Positions 63,081 to 64,000 of a DNA stretch of 64,000 bases are shown piece after piece. The notes beneath the pieces were generated by a model, which was not told where the DNA came from, ran no database searches, and saw nothing but the letters and a program-made list of their open reading frames with translations. Position 1 is the stretch's first letter; every line of letters begins with the position of its first letter. Source of the stretch: an uncultured delta proteobacterium (GTDB lineage Bacteria > Desulfobacterota > WTBG01); assembly GCA_963793865.1 (NCBI GenBank), contig CAWCBP010000004.1, positions 32,001-96,000 of the forward strand. Direction: 5' to 3'. A program made the position numbers and the translations under genes.

Positions 63081-64000
63081 TCATTCACCCTCTTCCGGTT
63101 GCTCTCCCTCAACTTCCTTTGCGGTCAGCGTCAGGGTTATCGGCTGAACAGACTGCGCCCCTTCGGGGTCAATGGCGATAACCTCGAAATTGTAGGTGCC
63201 CCCCTGCTGCTGATCACTGATCTGCCACCTGACCAGTCCTGAATCGGAATCAATGGTCATGCCTTCAGGGGCCGAAGAAAGACTGAATTTCACCTCATCT
63301 TCATCGGGATCCTCGGCAGTGACCGTGTATTCGTATGAAGAAACTTCCATGGTCTCCCCGGCCGGATTGGAGGTGATAAGAGGAGCGCTGTTGAGAATAA
63401 CCGCTTCGCTGGAATAGTATGAAACTTCGGGCGACTCACCATCGCTGACACGCGCCTGACAGCCGATTCTGTCGCCCTTTTTGAAATAGTCAGTTGACAG
63501 CGTCGATCCTGTCGCTCCCGGAATGTCCTCCTTGCCCTTTTTCCACTGGTAGGATGTCCTGACATACTCGCCGTCGGCATCAAACACATCCAAAAGCGCC
63601 GTCAATTCATCCTTGGAGTGTGCCGGCATCGGCTCGACAGTGAATGACCTGAGAACAGGAGGGCTGTTTGCAATGATTACCGGCTTGGACGGAACCGGCT
63701 TGCCTTTCATCTCATTGACATAAGGAGTTACCTCAACCGTAATGGTATCTCCTTTTTGAAAGTTGTCCTGCTTAAGGGTGCTCTCCGTTTCCCCCATGAT
63801 CTCTTTTCCGTTTTTCATCCAGCGGTAACTCACATCCGCCGTTTCCGCCTGATCAAACTTCACCACCGTCTCCAGCAGGCTGCTTTTGGAAGGATTCTCA
63901 GGCAGTATTTCAACCGAACTGATGGCAGGAACCGTCACCGTATCAGCACTTTTCCCTTCTCCTCCTTTGTGCCGCATGAAGTAACCACGACCAGCATACA
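63081..64000 (-). CDS. Putative Ig-domain (He_PIG-like) exported protein; 5' end off-window, probable frameshift near 63950
   Basis: Two NSPP..Y.W...G..L....F.KGD.I repeats and a C-terminal P.ITS.P...Y.Y.V.A.DPD...P.GM.ID..SG domain. An alternate frame gives lipobox VTSC. Confidence 0.75.
   Translation of the reverse strand, partial: YAGRGYFMRHKGGEGKSADTVTVPAISSVEILPENPSKSSLLETVVKFDQAETADVSYRWMKNGKEIMGETESTLKQDNFQKGDTITVEVTPYVNEMKGKPVPSKPVIIANSPPVLRSFTVEPMPAHSKDELTALLDVFDADGEYVRTSYQWKKGKEDIPGATGSTLSTDYFKKGDRIGCQARVSDGESPEVSYYSSEAVILNSAPLITSNPAGETMEVSSYEYTVTAEDPDEDEVKFSLSSAPEGMTIDSDSGLVRWQISDQQQGGTYNFEVIAIDPEGAQSVQPITLTLTAKEVEGEQPEEGE

Noticed and set aside
35935..64000. Frameshifts in the amidase (~37065), mutase (~44285-44410), ychF (~45210), SDR (~50330, ~50475), Cys-rich protein (~57104) and Ig protein (~63950), read as programmed frameshifting, phase variation or pseudogenes
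   Set aside because: They are scattered single-base indels, several in short homopolymers and in conserved genes with otherwise intact motifs. Long-read consensus error is the simplest explanation; read pile-ups would decide.

Overview
Bacterial chromosomal segment whose gene content and repeat families suggest an anaerobic deltaproteobacterium (Desulfobacterota-like; this is an inference). It is probably from a long-read assembly, because at least six genes carry single-base frameshifts. (1) Bases 1-18.7 kb form a more AT-rich envelope/lipid A modification island. It holds a tandemly duplicated, partly decayed operon (GT2 / LAB_N / ArnT-like / LpxL-like), an LmtA-like methyltransferase, a CX5R phosphatase, an LtaS-family transferase, an orphan OmpR-family regulator, further GT83/GT39 and GT9 genes, and four copies of a triple YTTAAK-N5 (PmrA-box-like) motif. 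(2) Core genes follow: carboxyltransferase, mdh, aspS, moeA, secF-secD-yajC-tgt-queA, a perR-katA-persulfide dioxygenase cluster, PMM/PGM and an amidase. (3) The standout is an NtrY-like sensor kinase followed by one 737-aa ORF. That ORF fuses an intact receiver, a catalytically degenerate sigma54-activator AAA+ domain and an HTH to an intact LpxC, which suggests phosphorylation control of the committed step of lipid A synthesis. (4) The right part has a methylmalonyl-CoA mutase, ychF, HU, a RAYT transposase with three co-oriented REPINs, a plant-type chlorophyllase lipoprotein, a lysine 2,3-aminomutase + two ATP-grasp ligases + GNAT operon, a Cys-rich surface lipoprotein, priA and galU. Many REP/MITE elements occur between genes. 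No rRNA, tRNA or CRISPR array was recognised.
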